DNA from: Anthoceros angustus
Lineage: Eukaryota; Plantae; Anthocerotophyta
Length of the DNA: 64,000 nucleotides
NCBI GenBank assembly: GCA_010909165.1
Contig: MU008182.1
Coordinates: 806,001-870,000, forward strand
Direction: 5' to 3'
Shown here: positions 51,401-64,000 of the stretch, one piece after another
How positions within the stretch are numbered: position 1 is the first letter of the stretch
How the letters are laid out: each line of letters begins with the position of its first letter
Notes under the pieces: generated by a model
The model's input: only the letters and a program-made list of their open reading frames with translations
Databases searched by the model: none
What the model was told of the DNA's origin: nothing
Made by a program: the position numbers and the translations under genes

Positions 51401-54400
51401 TGATATCTACCAGCTCCTTCACCCTCGTCAGCCCATGATCTCATTGACAGTGTTTCCAGCATTTGCAGGGCATCATCCCTTATTTGCCTCGTTTGGTCAA
51501 CCACCTTGTAAAGTATCAGGCTTAACAAACGTTGTATCTCACACTTCGGAACCTCATGACGCATATAAACTTCTGCTAAAACCGTAAAATATCCATCAGC
51601 GATTGATGGATCTGATGAATAACACTGCAAGTTCCAGCATCTTGTATTAGAAACCGTGACACACATCTAAACTGTAAAACATCTAGAACTGTCTTCATCA
51701 AGCGGGCAGCAATAAGAACAGATCGTACCTGATCAATACAGGCAGGGAAAAGGTCTAGGTTGCTTCGGAGAAGATTCATCAAAGCAGTCTTCGCCAAGTG
51801 AACCCGGGAAGCACTCCCCCGATGCCTATCTCGATTTGCACTATAACGGACCACATCAGGCACTCCAAGTTTGGAATGAGGAGACACCATTCGTGGATCA
51901 GCAGGAGAGTACCCAATGGGCATTCTTTGTGCAGGTTCCAGGAAAAGCCCATTAATCCAGGAAACAAGCCGCCCACTCATTTTCCTTACACTGTCATCAA
52001 AGTACGGGCCATACAGGAGGGCTGCCATAGCATTCATCGCCACCCACTGGATTGCTTCCACCTTTTCATTGATATCTTTCTCTAAGCTTATCTTCTCAAG
52101 CGAGTCCTTGGTCCGCACACTCAGAGATGATTTATATCGCTCTATCTCTCGCCTGTAGTCAGCAACACCATCTTGACTCCAAGAACTGGTTGTGTCATCA
52201 CACCATGAAGCTAGCAGATCAAACAGTCGCTTCCTTGTGCGAGGATCAAACCTTTCTGATATAGATCTAACCATCTCAACAGACAACGACCTTAACACAC
52301 AAGCCAAAGCATATCGCAAAGGCTGCACGTCTTGGAAAGACTCAGGTGTTGATGAGGAAACCTGCCTAAGAGTGTCCTCAATGAATCTGACAAAGTGGAC
52401 ACGAAGCACAGGCTTACGACCCAGCGTACCAGGCCACACATGTTCGGCAACCATCCGATATACATCAGCCACATGTACACGGACATCTTTGCGGCGAACT
52501 TTCTGGCTCTGTTGTAATCAGAGGAAAATCTCAGTACCTCAGGTAGAAGCAAAGGAGCAAATGAATTTCACCAATTGCAAATGGACCCCAAGCCTAGCAG
52601 AGACGTAGGGTTCTTGATGTAAGAGTGACATACCTTCCACTTTGACCGATTCTCCATTTCCAATGTGACCTCGTCTAAAAATATGCTAAGCTCACTGAAC
52701 ATCGTCTCACATATTCCAAGATGGGAATGACCCAGAGCAAGAGTCGCAGCATACTGTTACATTCCACCCAAGTTCAGCAAAACTGTAGGCTTCAAACCAA
52801 TGTCAAATAAACAGCAGATACAACTAGCCACACATGCGAGTGACTTACAGCTTGATTCTCAGATCCACCTCTAAGAAATGGAAAAACCAGCCGTAGCAGC
52901 TCCTTAACTGATTGAGCACCCCCATCGCCAGTATCCTCTGGCGGACAGGAACACGCAAACATGGAGTACATATGCCACTGGTCTAATTTGCTATCACTCT
53001 CATGTGATTTTCCAGCTTTCCCACCGAAGTCACTAGGAGTGACAAAAGCCAGTCGATTCACAACTTCCAGTCTGCACACCCAAATAATACTCAGATAACA
53101 GATAATGTGAGAGCAGGATCTAAAAGCCCCAGAAATCGACAGAGAAAAGCCATTTGCCCCACAGACCTTGCACCATATATTGCAGCTGGACAAAGGTCAG
53201 CAACATAAGTCACAAGTCCGCTCAGACATCGAGCCCATCTGCTTTTGTCTGGGCCCTCGAGGACTGCTTGTAGGGTAACATCTGGGGGTACAGAGTCCCA
53301 CTCCCTCCTCAAATCATACCACCTTCCAAAATCCCAGTAACAGTGTTGTACAACATCGTCCTAGAATAGGAAACCAAGCATCATAAGTGAAAAATGTACC
53401 CTGGACTGTGTTCCACAGCATTCCTCTGCACAGATAGATGGTCACAGACTCTCAGAATGGATAGAAATACGCTGAAGGCGAAGGAGAAGCAAGTTACCCC
53501 TGTTTCCTCAAACACATCTATGACAAAGGGTGGTTCCACCTCCATGTGCGACCTTGCATACTCTTGAGCTTTGCCAGTCAGCCTTGTGATGTCGTTCTGC
53601 AGTTCACGAACGCTCCGCAGAAGTTCAAGTGCAGTGTATCGGATCTGAACATCCACTGAGCACAGGAAAATAAGGCCCACAGCATCCATGCCTGATGGAT
53701 CAAATGTCGTGCTCTCCTCAAGACGAGATGCCGTGGATGATCGAGACAGCTTGCTGCTTGTACTGGAGTCCTCAGGTTTCAAAGTTTCAACAAGCTTCTC
53801 TTCCCGTAAACAGGTCCGCCAAGCTTGAAGGAGTTGTACCAAACGGCCCAAAGAAGTGTTAATAAGCAGCGGGTAGTCATCCGGAATTCTAAGAATGAAG
53901 TTTGCCATTCCTCGCATCACAGCAAATCGTAGTTGTGGTAGATCACGAACTGTCCTGTAAAGGACTTGAACAGCTTCTTCACGAACACCAGGCTCTACAC
54001 TAACAGCATACATAGGAATCTTATCAGCCATTTCTTCGTTTCTCCATTGCTCTGGTACAAGATGCGGAGCACACTTGAGTGCCCACTGAAATAAAAGCCA
54101 GCCCTGAGCCTTCTCCTTGCCCATAGGTTCTGCCACGTGAGATAAGTTTTAGAAACACAATGCATGAACCAATAACAGCACTTTTACAAAGTGAGAAGGT
54201 CTTCCATGACTACCTGTGGCCGTCTTTGATGTAGTTAACAGAGCACTCCCAAAAGTGGAGTTGCAAGTCCTTAAAATAAAACCCAGACACACCCTCACTT
54301 TGGGGATGTATCTACTGATATCATGGCCAGGAACGACCTCTGCGACAGTGACACCTGCAGCAGCATCAGGGTGACGTGGAGATGATGAGACTGGTGAGGC

Positions 54401-57235
54401 CGTTGCAGTACTCCACAGAGACGACGCAGCTAATCCATGATTATCTTCAGGTATAACACTGTCTGACCCAACTTGAGTCAGGGAGTGAGAGGCCATCACT
54501 GCAAGAAGGGCCCTAATGCCTATGACCTTTGCCTCGCTAGGGTTGTCTGCTCGCAAAAACTCCAAAATCATGTGATTCATACAAAAGTCAAGGTTGCTCT
54601 CTGCTATAGTTACACAGAAGTCAACTAGCTTGTCATGCTGCAGATCTTGCGTCAGAGACCCCTTCCTCAGGTTGGCCAGTAATTGTGTGGTAATGCCATG
54701 AAGATACACCCACACACGATTCTTCTGCTGGCTGTCGGCATAGACATTTAGATAGAAGCGCAACACCCGATGTAGGCATTCCAAAGCCATTGATCTGAAG
54801 TTTCTTTCCTGTTTCACAATAGCCCACATGAGCAGCAGACAAATGGGTAATAATAGTGTGATATGAAATTGTTGAACACATTTGATGAACTTACCCTCAG
54901 AAGCTTATACAGCGTTTCTAGGTGGGGACTCAGATTTGCACTGAAATATTGAGGTTCCCCAAGGCAGAGAAGAAGAGTCACAAGTGGGTATCCAACCTAC
55001 CAAATGATGCACAAGGTTAGCTCCCAATGCTTTGCACTACAAACATAAGGTGGCTCGGAAAATGTTCTAGTTAGTGTCATTCCCATAACTCCTCATAAAC
55101 TTTGAAGACCTTTTACTAAAAGAAGCAAAAGGCTTCAGAGCATTGGGCACTATGTGGCACTAAGAAAAATGTGAAAAGTGAACTCTCACAGCTCACAACT
55201 CAGTCTAGGAGTCTAGGTTTCCAACTCACAAAAATGTGTTTGCTGTGCTTGTCCATCCAGTGTACAAGCTGTACACGAATCCGAGAGACGGCCTCAAACC
55301 AGAGCGTCAATGCCTGGTCAACACCCGAAGGAGGCCATTGACCTTTGCCCCCATCAGCTAGGGGTGCAAGCACACTAGAAAGCATGCTGCACAAAGCGTG
55401 GTGGAGCTCACTTTTCTTCTTTGTAGGCGCTCGGTTCAGAGGATTTGCTTTTGCAATAAAATCAGTTGACGCATTCAACCCGCCCAAGGTTGTCACCTGA
55501 ACATAAGTCGCATGTGATATTCAGACCAGGTCAGAGTTTCACTCTGCCTGTAATGCAGATGATCACACTATTGTGTTTCCCATGATTCAAGGTGCAGCAT
55601 GGGACCAATGAAATAGTACCCCAAGCTTGAAGTACCGCATGCCATGTATGATATTGATCGTTTCACTCCTTGCTATTGGCGTGTCCATTCGTGTTCGGGC
55701 ATTCAGTTCAGTGAAGAACCTCTCGGTGACGGAACTAAACCTAAAACAAGACCAACGATGCAGTGAGTTAGGAACTTAGAAGCAGCTTAAGCTTACTCTA
55801 GGGAACCTCAAGCATTTCCTGCACATACCTTATTTTGGACAGGGCACCAAGGAGCTGCGCAACAAGATCCAGAAGAAGTCCTCGGAGATCCACAAGAGAC
55901 GGATAATCCAGCTGACTGACGATTCTGTAAACCCCACAAGAGAAGTATAAATCAGTGTTGGACATGACCTGTAGCGCCAAGCACCCAGTCAATTCTGCAA
56001 CTGACTCCACGGAGATATTCAAACTCCTGCTCCATAGAAGTACCCATAAGACTGCATCTGTACAGCCCCTGAACCTTGGAGATGACTGTAGACACTGCTT
56101 GCATTTCCAGACAAAGGTCATCACCCTATGACAGTACAACTCCAACCTGGAAAAACAGAATAGACCGCACATACGCCAGTACACACCTGTCAGCATTGAT
56201 CAACCAGTCGAAGACGAAATCCTCAAGGCCCATCCAGTATCTTTCTGCAAGTCACAACAACAATCGGTCCTGTGAAGCCACTCAGAATACAGCAAACTTG
56301 TCTGCAGACAACAAACAAACTGCAAAATAGCAGAGGAGGTAAGTGTGAAGTTTACACAAGAGAATGATAGCTCCAACTGCCCATATCCTACCTGTGAGAA
56401 CCTCCTGTGGACAGAACTCAACGAACCGTATGCAAGCGGAGCAGAAGATACATTCCACTGCAAGCTGTGAGAACAGCATGTCTGGATTCAGAACAATTGT
56501 TACCAAACTGGACAACTGGCTGCCTAAGGAGCCCGGTATGCATGTTACAAAAGGTGATGAGTGGTTAACGCACAAGCCAGCAATGCCAGGAAACCACGCT
56601 CGTTCATGATCGCTAAGAAAACCCTAACAACAGCCCCTGTGCTTTCACCTGAGGCTTCCTTTTGCTCCTGAGTAGGTTCAAAAGTCAAAACCTCAGCCTC
56701 TCGCTGCACAGACTTGACGGCAACAAATCTTGTCAAGAGGTGATGGTTAACGAGGCTAACCTTCCGCTGAAACGTGGAAACATCGCTTGCTCCTTTCGGT
56801 GATTCACTGCAGGACAGGAGATGGTGAGAAGTGTCAAGAGTAATCCAGACAGTATCCAGGCACAGAATTCACGACAGCCTTGGCTCACCTCTCTCTCCAC
56901 TTAAGAAGAGCCTCCAGAAGAGGAACAGGAGTATGGTGAGCCACCACGCCCAGTGAATCCAGAACCTGCTCATAAGCTGGATCCGACGCACGCAAATACT
57001 GCCCATCCTGCACGTTATCATAGCTCAAAAATAAAGGCACTAGCAACGGGTGAGCTGCGCAAAATTCACATGAATTTCTTCGACAGAGCCCAATCGCCCA
57101 CGAAATCCAAAATGCAGCTACGCAAGACTTGAATCCAACCTGGGCCTGGGCAGTATCAATTCGTCGGCGAGCGAGAGGCAGAAACCGCTGCAGCAAAGCA
57201 TCCACAATGAGCTTTGCTGCACTCGCTGAGCGCAT
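48427..57235 (-). CDS. Furry/TAO3/MOR2-family large cell-morphogenesis scaffold protein, multi-exon
   Basis: [32 protein letters not shown]|[19 protein letters not shown]; [16 protein letters not shown]; [12 protein letters not shown]; final long exon ([46 protein letters not shown]). Junctions checked are GT-AG. Confidence 0.93.
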
Positions 57236-58581
57236 GTTCGCTGTCACGGGAGTTGACGACAGCATAATGTCGACCTGCAAGCGACCAAACTCATAGCTCC
57301 AAGCCCCGTCACCCGCCCAGGCTCCTAGCACTGGGATCTCCTGGGGAGAATACTAAGTCCCAATGCAGCACGGCCCTGAGGCGTGGTAATCCTTCCGATA
57401 GACGCAGCTCTGCCAGCGTCCAGGCTGTAGTGCGCTGCTACCGCCTTGTCCACGATGCTGGCCAGGTCAGCGGTTTGCATTGCTTGCTTCCCTGCTCCGA
57501 CTGTCAAGACCATTCAAACCCTACACTTCGACAGTCCATGTCCAGGTACTGAGAAGACATCGTGGGCCCAACAGCAGTAACGACGACGACTTTCGTCTTG
57601 TGCCCATAAGGTCTTTATCCGGCTTTAGATCAAAGATTAGAGCCCTGGCAAACGGATGCTGTTGCCTACCAGCGAATGCCGTCCATCCTGCGCCAGGCAA
57701 CAGCTATCGAGCCAGTGCGACACCTCTGCTGAATGTGTAGCTACCTCGGGGATGGCGTCTCATGGAGTGAGAGGCAAGGTATGGAGGGGGCTCCTGTTTT
57801 GCAACCAAGGATCGGCTTCATGCTCAAGTAGGTCCAAGTCGAACAGATTCCTGGCCATTCGGGGAAATGTGGAGGACCCAGTGCGGCTCTTCACCCCGAT
57901 GGGGAGGGCAAGATGGGCACTGGATCATTTTTTTTGCACTGGTCATCACCACAGATGCATGGTGGATCTCCGTAGGTGGTCATCAGGTCGTCGTTTCAGT
58001 CTACGCCATTCATAGAATTATAATGGTTCTCCTCCCTCTCTCTCCTCACCATCGCCAACCCCTCGTGCCTTCGCGAAAGGCCCCTTCTTTCAAGACACCG
58101 GTAGTGCTGAAAGCATTGTCCTTGCTGGAGAAAATAGCAGCCTTGCCACAGACTGGCTTTGGCTGACGTTTATGTGACCACAATAGATCAAGTTACGGGA
58201 TACTCTTCTTGTGGGCATCGCAGTGACAGGCTTACCACCCACGAATGACGAGAACGATGAGCACCCATGTCGGTCAGTGGGAAGAGAAACGGAGGCACCA
58301 TCCGGCCCCTCCCACGGGCGAACCAGAAGACCAGCAGAAGATAAAGTCCAGAACGAAAATTAAGCAAGAAATTGAAGCGCGTTCAACGGGCCAAAGCTGG
58401 ACTGTCTGTGTGAAGGAACAGAGTAGCCCACGTTTTGTGGCAGCAGTGGATATCTGAATGGTTTCTGATGGTCGCTGGCAGCTCTGAATGTATGGGCAGA
58501 GCCTGATGGTCGACGACACACGCAACGCAGGAAATGTGTACTTTTCCTGTCTCCACGAAGTCACTATGAGACGCTTGGACC

Positions 58582-61242
58582 ATGGCTTTCAACGGGACAC
58601 TAATGACCCCTGGGAGGGCTTGTGAGGTGGATATCTTGTGTAATGAGGGACAGCTTGATAAGGCATTGGCTGCCCTTCTCGGAAATGACCAGCAGCATTG
58701 CAATGTGCCGTCGGTGCACACTTACAAGAGCCTGTTACAGATGTGCATGAGAACGAAGGGTCTTACCGAGGCCAGGCAGATACACACTCATTTGGCGAAA
58801 CATGGACTAGAATCCAACAAATTTTTGGCAGACTTTTTGGTCACGGCACTGGTGAGCTGTGGAAGTCTTGCCGATGGCCTTCAGCTGTTTCAACGGTTAC
58901 CGCACCGAACTGTTTACTCCTGGACATCGATCATTGCAGGATATATCGACGCTGGACAATATCATGAGGCTTTATTATGTCATGAGAGGATGCAACAGGA
59001 AGGAATCCAGCCCGACAAGTACACTTTTGTCAGTCTACTTAAAGCGTGCAGCTTCTTAGAGGATTTAGAAGAAGGCAAGAGGATTCATGCTGCTGCTCTC
59101 AGACATGGGTTTGGGTCTGATGTCTTTATTTGTAGCATTTTGATTAGTATGTATGCGAAGTGTGGGAGCATTCTTGATGCACAACAGGTGTTTGGCAGCG
59201 TATCTCATCACAATGTAGTTTCCTGGACTGCAATGATCACAGCTTATGCGCAGCACGACCAAGGGGAAAATGCCTTGCAGATATACGCTCAAATGCAAAT
59301 ATCAGGAGTCATTCCAAATTCTCGAACCTTTGTCAGCGTACTCCAAGCATGTGGCATCATTGCAGAAAAGGAGGAAGGCACGGCTGTAGATGGTAGAAAC
59401 GTCAAATTGGACTCACTGCGAAGGGCAAAGCAAGTACATGGAGAAGTTGTAAGGTCAGGCTTTGCCACAGACTTGTTTGTCGGTAGCACCCTGGTTAGCA
59501 TGTACGCAAAATGTGGGAGCATAGGGGATGCCCTAAAGGTGTTCTCAAGCTTGTCCAGCCGCAATGTGGTGTCATGGACAGCAATGATCGCCGCATATGC
59601 TCAGCAAGATGAAGGAGAAAAGGCTCTGCAAATTTATGGAGAAATGCTGGCTGAAGGTGTGAGTCCTAATGCTTGGACGTTTGTCAGTGCCCTCCAAGCA
59701 TGTGCCAGCATTGAAGGAAGGGAAGAAAGTTTGTGTTGCAAAGGTCTGCATGTGCTGTCATTGCAGAAAGGGAAGCAAGTACATGCTGAAGCTGCCGAAA
59801 GGGGCTTTGAATCAGGTGTATTTGTTGGTAACGCTTTGGTAACTATGTATGCAAAGTGTGGGAGCATCATGGATGCACAACAGGTGTTTGAAAGATTGTC
59901 TCGGCGAGATGTAGTATCATGGAATGCTTTGATTGCAGCATACACTCAGCAGGGTGAAGGTGAGAAGGCCTTGCAGGTCTACAGGCAGGTCCGAGAAGAC
60001 TTTGTCATACCAAATGCTCGCACCTTCGTGGCAGCTCTGCAAGCATGTTGTATCCTGGCCGACAACGAGGAAAGTGCGCTTGTGCATGGGCACAAGCTAA
60101 GAGTGGAGTCATTGTTAAAGGGAAAAGAGATTCATGGTGAAGCAGCTAAATGGGGTTTTGAATGTGACGTCTTTGTGGCTAGCACTCTGGTTCTTATGTA
60201 TGCAAAATGTGGGAGCATCATGGATGCGCAGCAGGTGTTTGACAGTTTGTCTGTGAAGGATGCGATTTTGTCAAGAGCCATGATTGCAGCATATGCTCAG
60301 CAGGGCCAGGGAGAAAAAGCTTTGCAGGTATTCAGGCAAGCGCAACAACAAAATTTCAACCTAAATGAGTCTACATTTCTGTATGTCCTACAAGCGTGCA
60401 GCAACACAGGAGCATTAGATGCTTGTTTGCACACCCACAGAAGTCTTATGGACAGCGGACTAGGCAGGAGTCTTTTGGTAATGACCAGTTTGATACATGC
60501 TTACGGAAAATGTGGAAGCATGGTAAATGCTCAATCCGTGTTTGATTCACTCTCACAGCCAGATGTTGTTTCATGGACTGCACTTATGGCTGGGTATGCC
60601 CGTCAAGGAGATTGTAATATGACTTTGAAATGCTATGATGGCATGCTTCTAGCAGGAGTGAAGCCAGACAAGGTGACATTTCTAGCAATGCTTTCTGCTT
60701 GCAGCCATTCGGGCATTGTAGACAAAGGCTTGGAGTACTTCGAAAGCATGATCAGAGACCATGGGATCCCCGCTGACATGGAGCATTATGTGTGCGTTAT
60801 CGATCTTGTCGGACGTGCAGGACTGCTAAGCAAGGCAGAAGATTTGCTCTTGCAGATGCCAATGCAGCCTACGTTGCCTGTCTGGTTGAGTCTGCTGGGT
60901 GCTTGCCAGAAACATAGCAATGTAGAGCTAGGACGGCGTGCCTTCGATGGCGCTGTGACAATAGAGCCTGCTCAAGCTTCTGCGTATCTCCTCATGTCAA
61001 ACATCTATGCCCACGCTGGCATGTGGGATTGTGCGAAGGAAATAGATGAGATGAGGGAGAGAGCAGGTGCATGGAAGACAGCCGGCCAGAGCTGGATTGA
61101 GCATAAGCACGAGGTGCACTGCTTTATGGTGGATGACCACATGCACCACGAAGAGTATGAGTTGGTAAAGGAGCTCAGCTCAAAGCTGAAAGATACAGGA
61201 CATGATGCAGCGTATCCCATACACATCGAGCTCTGGGTGTGA
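58582..61242 (+). CDS. PLS-class pentatricopeptide repeat protein with E1/E2/partial E+ domains and no DYW; probable organellar RNA editing factor
   Basis: Intronless 886 aa ORF with repeated MYAKCGS..DA..VF / VVSWTAMI.AYAQ triplets and C-terminal WLSLLGAC...YLLMSNIYA...GQSWIE. Confidence 0.95.
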   Translation: MAFNGTLMTPGRACEVDILCNEGQLDKALAALLGNDQQHCNVPSVHTYKSLLQMCMRTKGLTEARQIHTHLAKHGLESNKFLADFLVTALVSCGSLADGLQLFQRLPHRTVYSWTSIIAGYIDAGQYHEALLCHERMQQEGIQPDKYTFVSLLKACSFLEDLEEGKRIHAAALRHGFGSDVFICSILISMYAKCGSILDAQQVFGSVSHHNVVSWTAMITAYAQHDQGENALQIYAQMQISGVIPNSRTFVSVLQACGIIAEKEEGTAVDGRNVKLDSLRRAKQVHGEVVRSGFATDLFVGSTLVSMYAKCGSIGDALKVFSSLSSRNVVSWTAMIAAYAQQDEGEKALQIYGEMLAEGVSPNAWTFVSALQACASIEGREESLCCKGLHVLSLQKGKQVHAEAAERGFESGVFVGNALVTMYAKCGSIMDAQQVFERLSRRDVVSWNALIAAYTQQGEGEKALQVYRQVREDFVIPNARTFVAALQACCILADNEESALVHGHKLRVESLLKGKEIHGEAAKWGFECDVFVASTLVLMYAKCGSIMDAQQVFDSLSVKDAILSRAMIAAYAQQGQGEKALQVFRQAQQQNFNLNESTFLYVLQACSNTGALDACLHTHRSLMDSGLGRSLLVMTSLIHAYGKCGSMVNAQSVFDSLSQPDVVSWTALMAGYARQGDCNMTLKCYDGMLLAGVKPDKVTFLAMLSACSHSGIVDKGLEYFESMIRDHGIPADMEHYVCVIDLVGRAGLLSKAEDLLLQMPMQPTLPVWLSLLGACQKHSNVELGRRAFDGAVTIEPAQASAYLLMSNIYAHAGMWDCAKEIDEMRERAGAWKTAGQSWIEHKHEVHCFMVDDHMHHEEYELVKELSSKLKDTGHDAAYPIHIELWV

Positions 61243-61577
61243 GCCACGGAGACTTTCACCATGCCCAAGCTGGACGAGAACGCTGGGAATCGATTTTTAA
61301 GAGTAGACTGAAATTAAAACTTCCCTAGAGGCTGATTGACCAAATTGCAGGAGCAAAAGACACTTCTCTTTCAAGTTTGATGTCTATTCTTTAGCCACAT
61401 TGAGAACAGAGCGGCGTGCTCAAAAGGCTTGTCTTAAGCAGTTAATCGACTGTCAGAAGCAGCAAAGGGCAGACTGTGTCGCCTTCACGAGGTTTGGAGA
61501 ACAGCAGTTTCCAGAAGAGCTGGTGCTGTCTGCTTCGCGGCTTCTGATGGTGCTCTTTGTTTGGACCGTGCATGGCT

Positions 61578-61645
61578 CCCATGCTGGTACGGAGCATTGG
61601 TCAACGAAAATAGACGAGATGAGGAGAAGAACAGGTGCATCGAAG
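61578..61645 (+). pseudogene. Degenerate second copy of the PPR E2-motif coding segment
   Basis: SHAGTEHWSTKIDEMRRRTGASK versus AHAGMWDCAKEIDEMRERAGAWK; nucleotide match to ~61009-61075. Confidence 0.6.
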
Positions 61646-61734
61646 GGTCAAGAGGATGAGCCAGAGGTGGGGAAAGGTGGGTAACCATGAATACAATAAC
61701 GTTTATATTATAAATACTTCTCCAGTTGTTGTCA

Positions 61735-61751
61735 GCTGGAGTAGCTCAGTT

Positions 61752-61784
<33 letters not shown>

Positions 61785-61808
61785 GAGGTTCAAGCCCTCC
61801 CTCTAGCG
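61735..61808 (+). tRNA. trnN-GUU: tRNA-Asn (GUU)
   Basis: GCTGGAG/CTCTAGC acceptor stem, A box TAGCTCAGTTGG, anticodon loop CTGTTAA, B box GGTTCAAGCCC. AT-rich TATA-like stretch at about -30 and T runs at ~61851. Confidence 0.97.
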
Positions 61809-61917
61809 GAAGCTTGCATGAATATAGTTGTTCTGTATGGGCCAGTTAGATTTTGTTTTGGAGGTTTATAAAATGACCAAGCTCTTATTACACCAGCAAG
61901 GCCTTCCTGGAGGACAC

Positions 61918-62190
61918 ACTGCAGTAGTGATCGGTAATAATAAATTCTGCTCGGAAATCCCTCCAGGTATATAGGTATATGGCAGTGATCGGTAATAATA
62001 AATTCTGCAAATAAAGGCTGGTAGTTAGAGGCCTATTTGCTATTTGCCAGCCGTTAATGGTCTGTAATTACAGCCTTTAATGGCAGGCCAGATTTATTAT
62101 TACAGAATTACAGGCCTTAATTACAGAATAAATTCTGCCATTAAAGGCTGGTAGTTATAGGCCTATTTGCTATTTGCCTTTTGCTTTTGA
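61918..62190. repeat. Patchwork of short direct and inverted duplications, possible degenerate MITE
   Basis: GTGATCGGTAATAATAAATTCTGC occurs twice; TAAAGGCTGGTAGTTA.AGGCCTATTTGCTATTTGCC occurs twice; CAGCCTTTAATGGCAG is an inverted copy. Confidence 0.6.
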
Positions 62191-62380
62191 TGCTGTTGTT
62201 GCTGCTTGCAGTGCTACACACCCCATCACACCCCATCTAGGTCTAGGTAGCGATATAAGGACAGGATGCTTAAAAGCCAAGTTCTTATAAAGGCGTGTCC
62301 ATTTAGCCTAAGCACAAGATGCTTACTTGCCAAGTTCTTATAGCGTGTGTGTTCATTTGACCTAATCCATTTTGACCGTC

Positions 62381-62510
62381 AATTGAATGCCAATATGTAT
62401 TTCATTTAGCTTGTTAACATGAATAATTGAATGCCAATATGTATTTCATTTAGCTTGTTAATATGAACAATTGAATGCCAATATGTATTTCATTTAGGTC
62501 GTTAATATGA
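62381..62510. repeat. 44 bp tandem repeat, 3 copies
   Basis: AATTGAATGCCAATATGTATTTCATTTAG repeated three times. Confidence 0.9.
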
Positions 62511-62873
62511 TCGTACCAAAACCTGAATTAAGAAGTTTGAGCAAAATAAATTTGAACCACAAGAAAAACATTTTATTATAAAACCAGGGCTAGAGAATGA
62601 AAGCATTAAATAGTTACATCGTAACATGTTTTACTATCAGTGTGTGTGAGTTGAACATATATACTTGGCTTGTATTTGTATTTCGTACATACAAGAGGTG
62701 TGCTACACATTCTATAAAACTGCTTTTCTATATTTATTCATCGAAATGAATTGGCTAGCTAAAAGTTTTAGGACCTATCTAGAAAGCCCTTACGAACGTA
62801 GGCACTTGCATTTTCAACCACTCATAAATAGGTGGGTAGGTATCGAAGTCATATAGGAAGTAAAGCTAACAAA

Positions 62874-64000
62874 TGTCGCGAATTTTCTCAGGGCACGGAT
62901 CTGTGCGGCCCGCGAAACACCCAGATCAGCACCCGTAGTCGAAGAGTACGCCCGAAGTCCACGCGCCTGGCCCTCTCGTCCGGAGGATCTCGTCAAGGTG
63001 GTACCCTATCTGCATACATACTGCCCTATGACTTAACGACCTATCCTCATTGCCATACCCAGAATGAAAATATCCACCGCTGGATTCAACTGGAATCCGA
63101 ACCTCATGAAACCGTGACACATTCCCTCCCGCCCCAGCTCAGGAAAGAGCGACCAGTCCCCTTTGCAGTCAAGCACCCTCGGTGCGTCCATACAGTCCAT
63201 AAGCGAATCTGGCTGTGGTGGACAGCACCAGCGCACTCGGCTGCATTCGCCACCTGACCATTCGTACCTGCGATGGAGAGAAACATTGGACTCGTGCCAT
63301 AATTCCTGGCTCTGGACCTGTTCCTGGTCTCTGACTCCCAGTGCGAGAGAGATGCCGCTTGTCGAAAACCGTGCCCCTTACACCAGCTTCAGCCTGAATT
63401 TTCATCAGAGACATGCCAATGCTCAGGTACGCTGGTCCTCACAAACGGATGCCTAACGAAGTACCCGAAAACCTTCCTCTTGAAGCTCAGCTTCTGTTTC
63501 CTGGTAGCTCGAAAGAAGTAGTCCACCAATCCATTAGCCACGACGTCGGCGGCCCTCTCCGCTCTGCAGCAGGCCATGATAAACCTCGCCACCACCCCTG
63601 CTGCAACATAGCGTGCACGCCTGTCAGCGACCTCGAGAGAAGGATCCCCCTCTGCACCCCCGGCAGTGCCAGCTACCTGAGGCCCGGACATGGCCGGCTC
63701 GTTTTCCAGCGCCTGCAATGCCCGGCCCTGGAGCGTCGACAGAGCCGCAGCCCTCTCCAGCATCGACACATTCAATGCCTCAGCTTCCGCCACTGCTACC
63801 GCTGTTTCTAGAGGCCTCCTGGCCCGGCTGGATCGCTTCTGCACGCCGTGCCCCTGCCTCCGGATTTGTAGAGACGACGGTGTGGATCGGCCTGCCCTCC
63901 GCAGCCTCCCTGAAATCCTTCTGTGCTCCATCTGTGACGGCAAAGGGAGTCCCGTGGGAGACCGGATCGTGAAGCGCTGCTCGTGCCGCAGGCGCCCTGA
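62874..64000 (-). other. GC-rich block with broken minus-strand ORFs, probably a transposon fragment continuing beyond the window
   Basis: Abrupt AT-rich to GC-rich switch at TGTCGCG (62874). ORFs 63389-63943, 63169-63414 and 63033-63236 lack any recognisable domain. Confidence 0.3.

Overview
Eukaryotic nuclear DNA from a land plant, probably a non-seed plant such as a hornwort, fern or lycophyte (inferred from short GT-AG introns and a PLS-class PPR protein with long L motifs). The window has two halves. (1) 1-27.1 kb is transposon-rich. It holds a decayed, intron-containing duplicate of the copper P1B-ATPase HMA5, split into three pieces by two CACTA insertions. One CACTA is complete at both ends, with TIRs and an ATG TSD, and hosts a defective Copia whose two LTR-like ends do not match. 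Further on are a 6.7 kb pogo/Tigger-like element (TA-flanked TIRs) carrying a hAT-like MITE, a ~250 bp dimeric satellite, a decayed unknown ORF and a perfect 60 bp palindrome, then a solo LTR with a 4 bp TSD. (2) 27.9-61.8 kb is gene-dense. Minus strand: intact HMA5, a TRF-like telobox Myb gene, a HAD hydrolase, a GH9 endoglucanase and a Furry/MOR2/TAO3 homolog. Plus strand: a PLS-E PPR gene and tRNA-Asn(GUU). I found no convincing new multi-gene system. The best leads are the oversized cargo-carrying pogo, the mismatched-LTR Copia with extra ORFs, and the reconstructable decay history of the HMA5 duplicate. All alignments were done by eye and no database search was run. Some small indels in the repeat-rich half could be long-read assembly errors.
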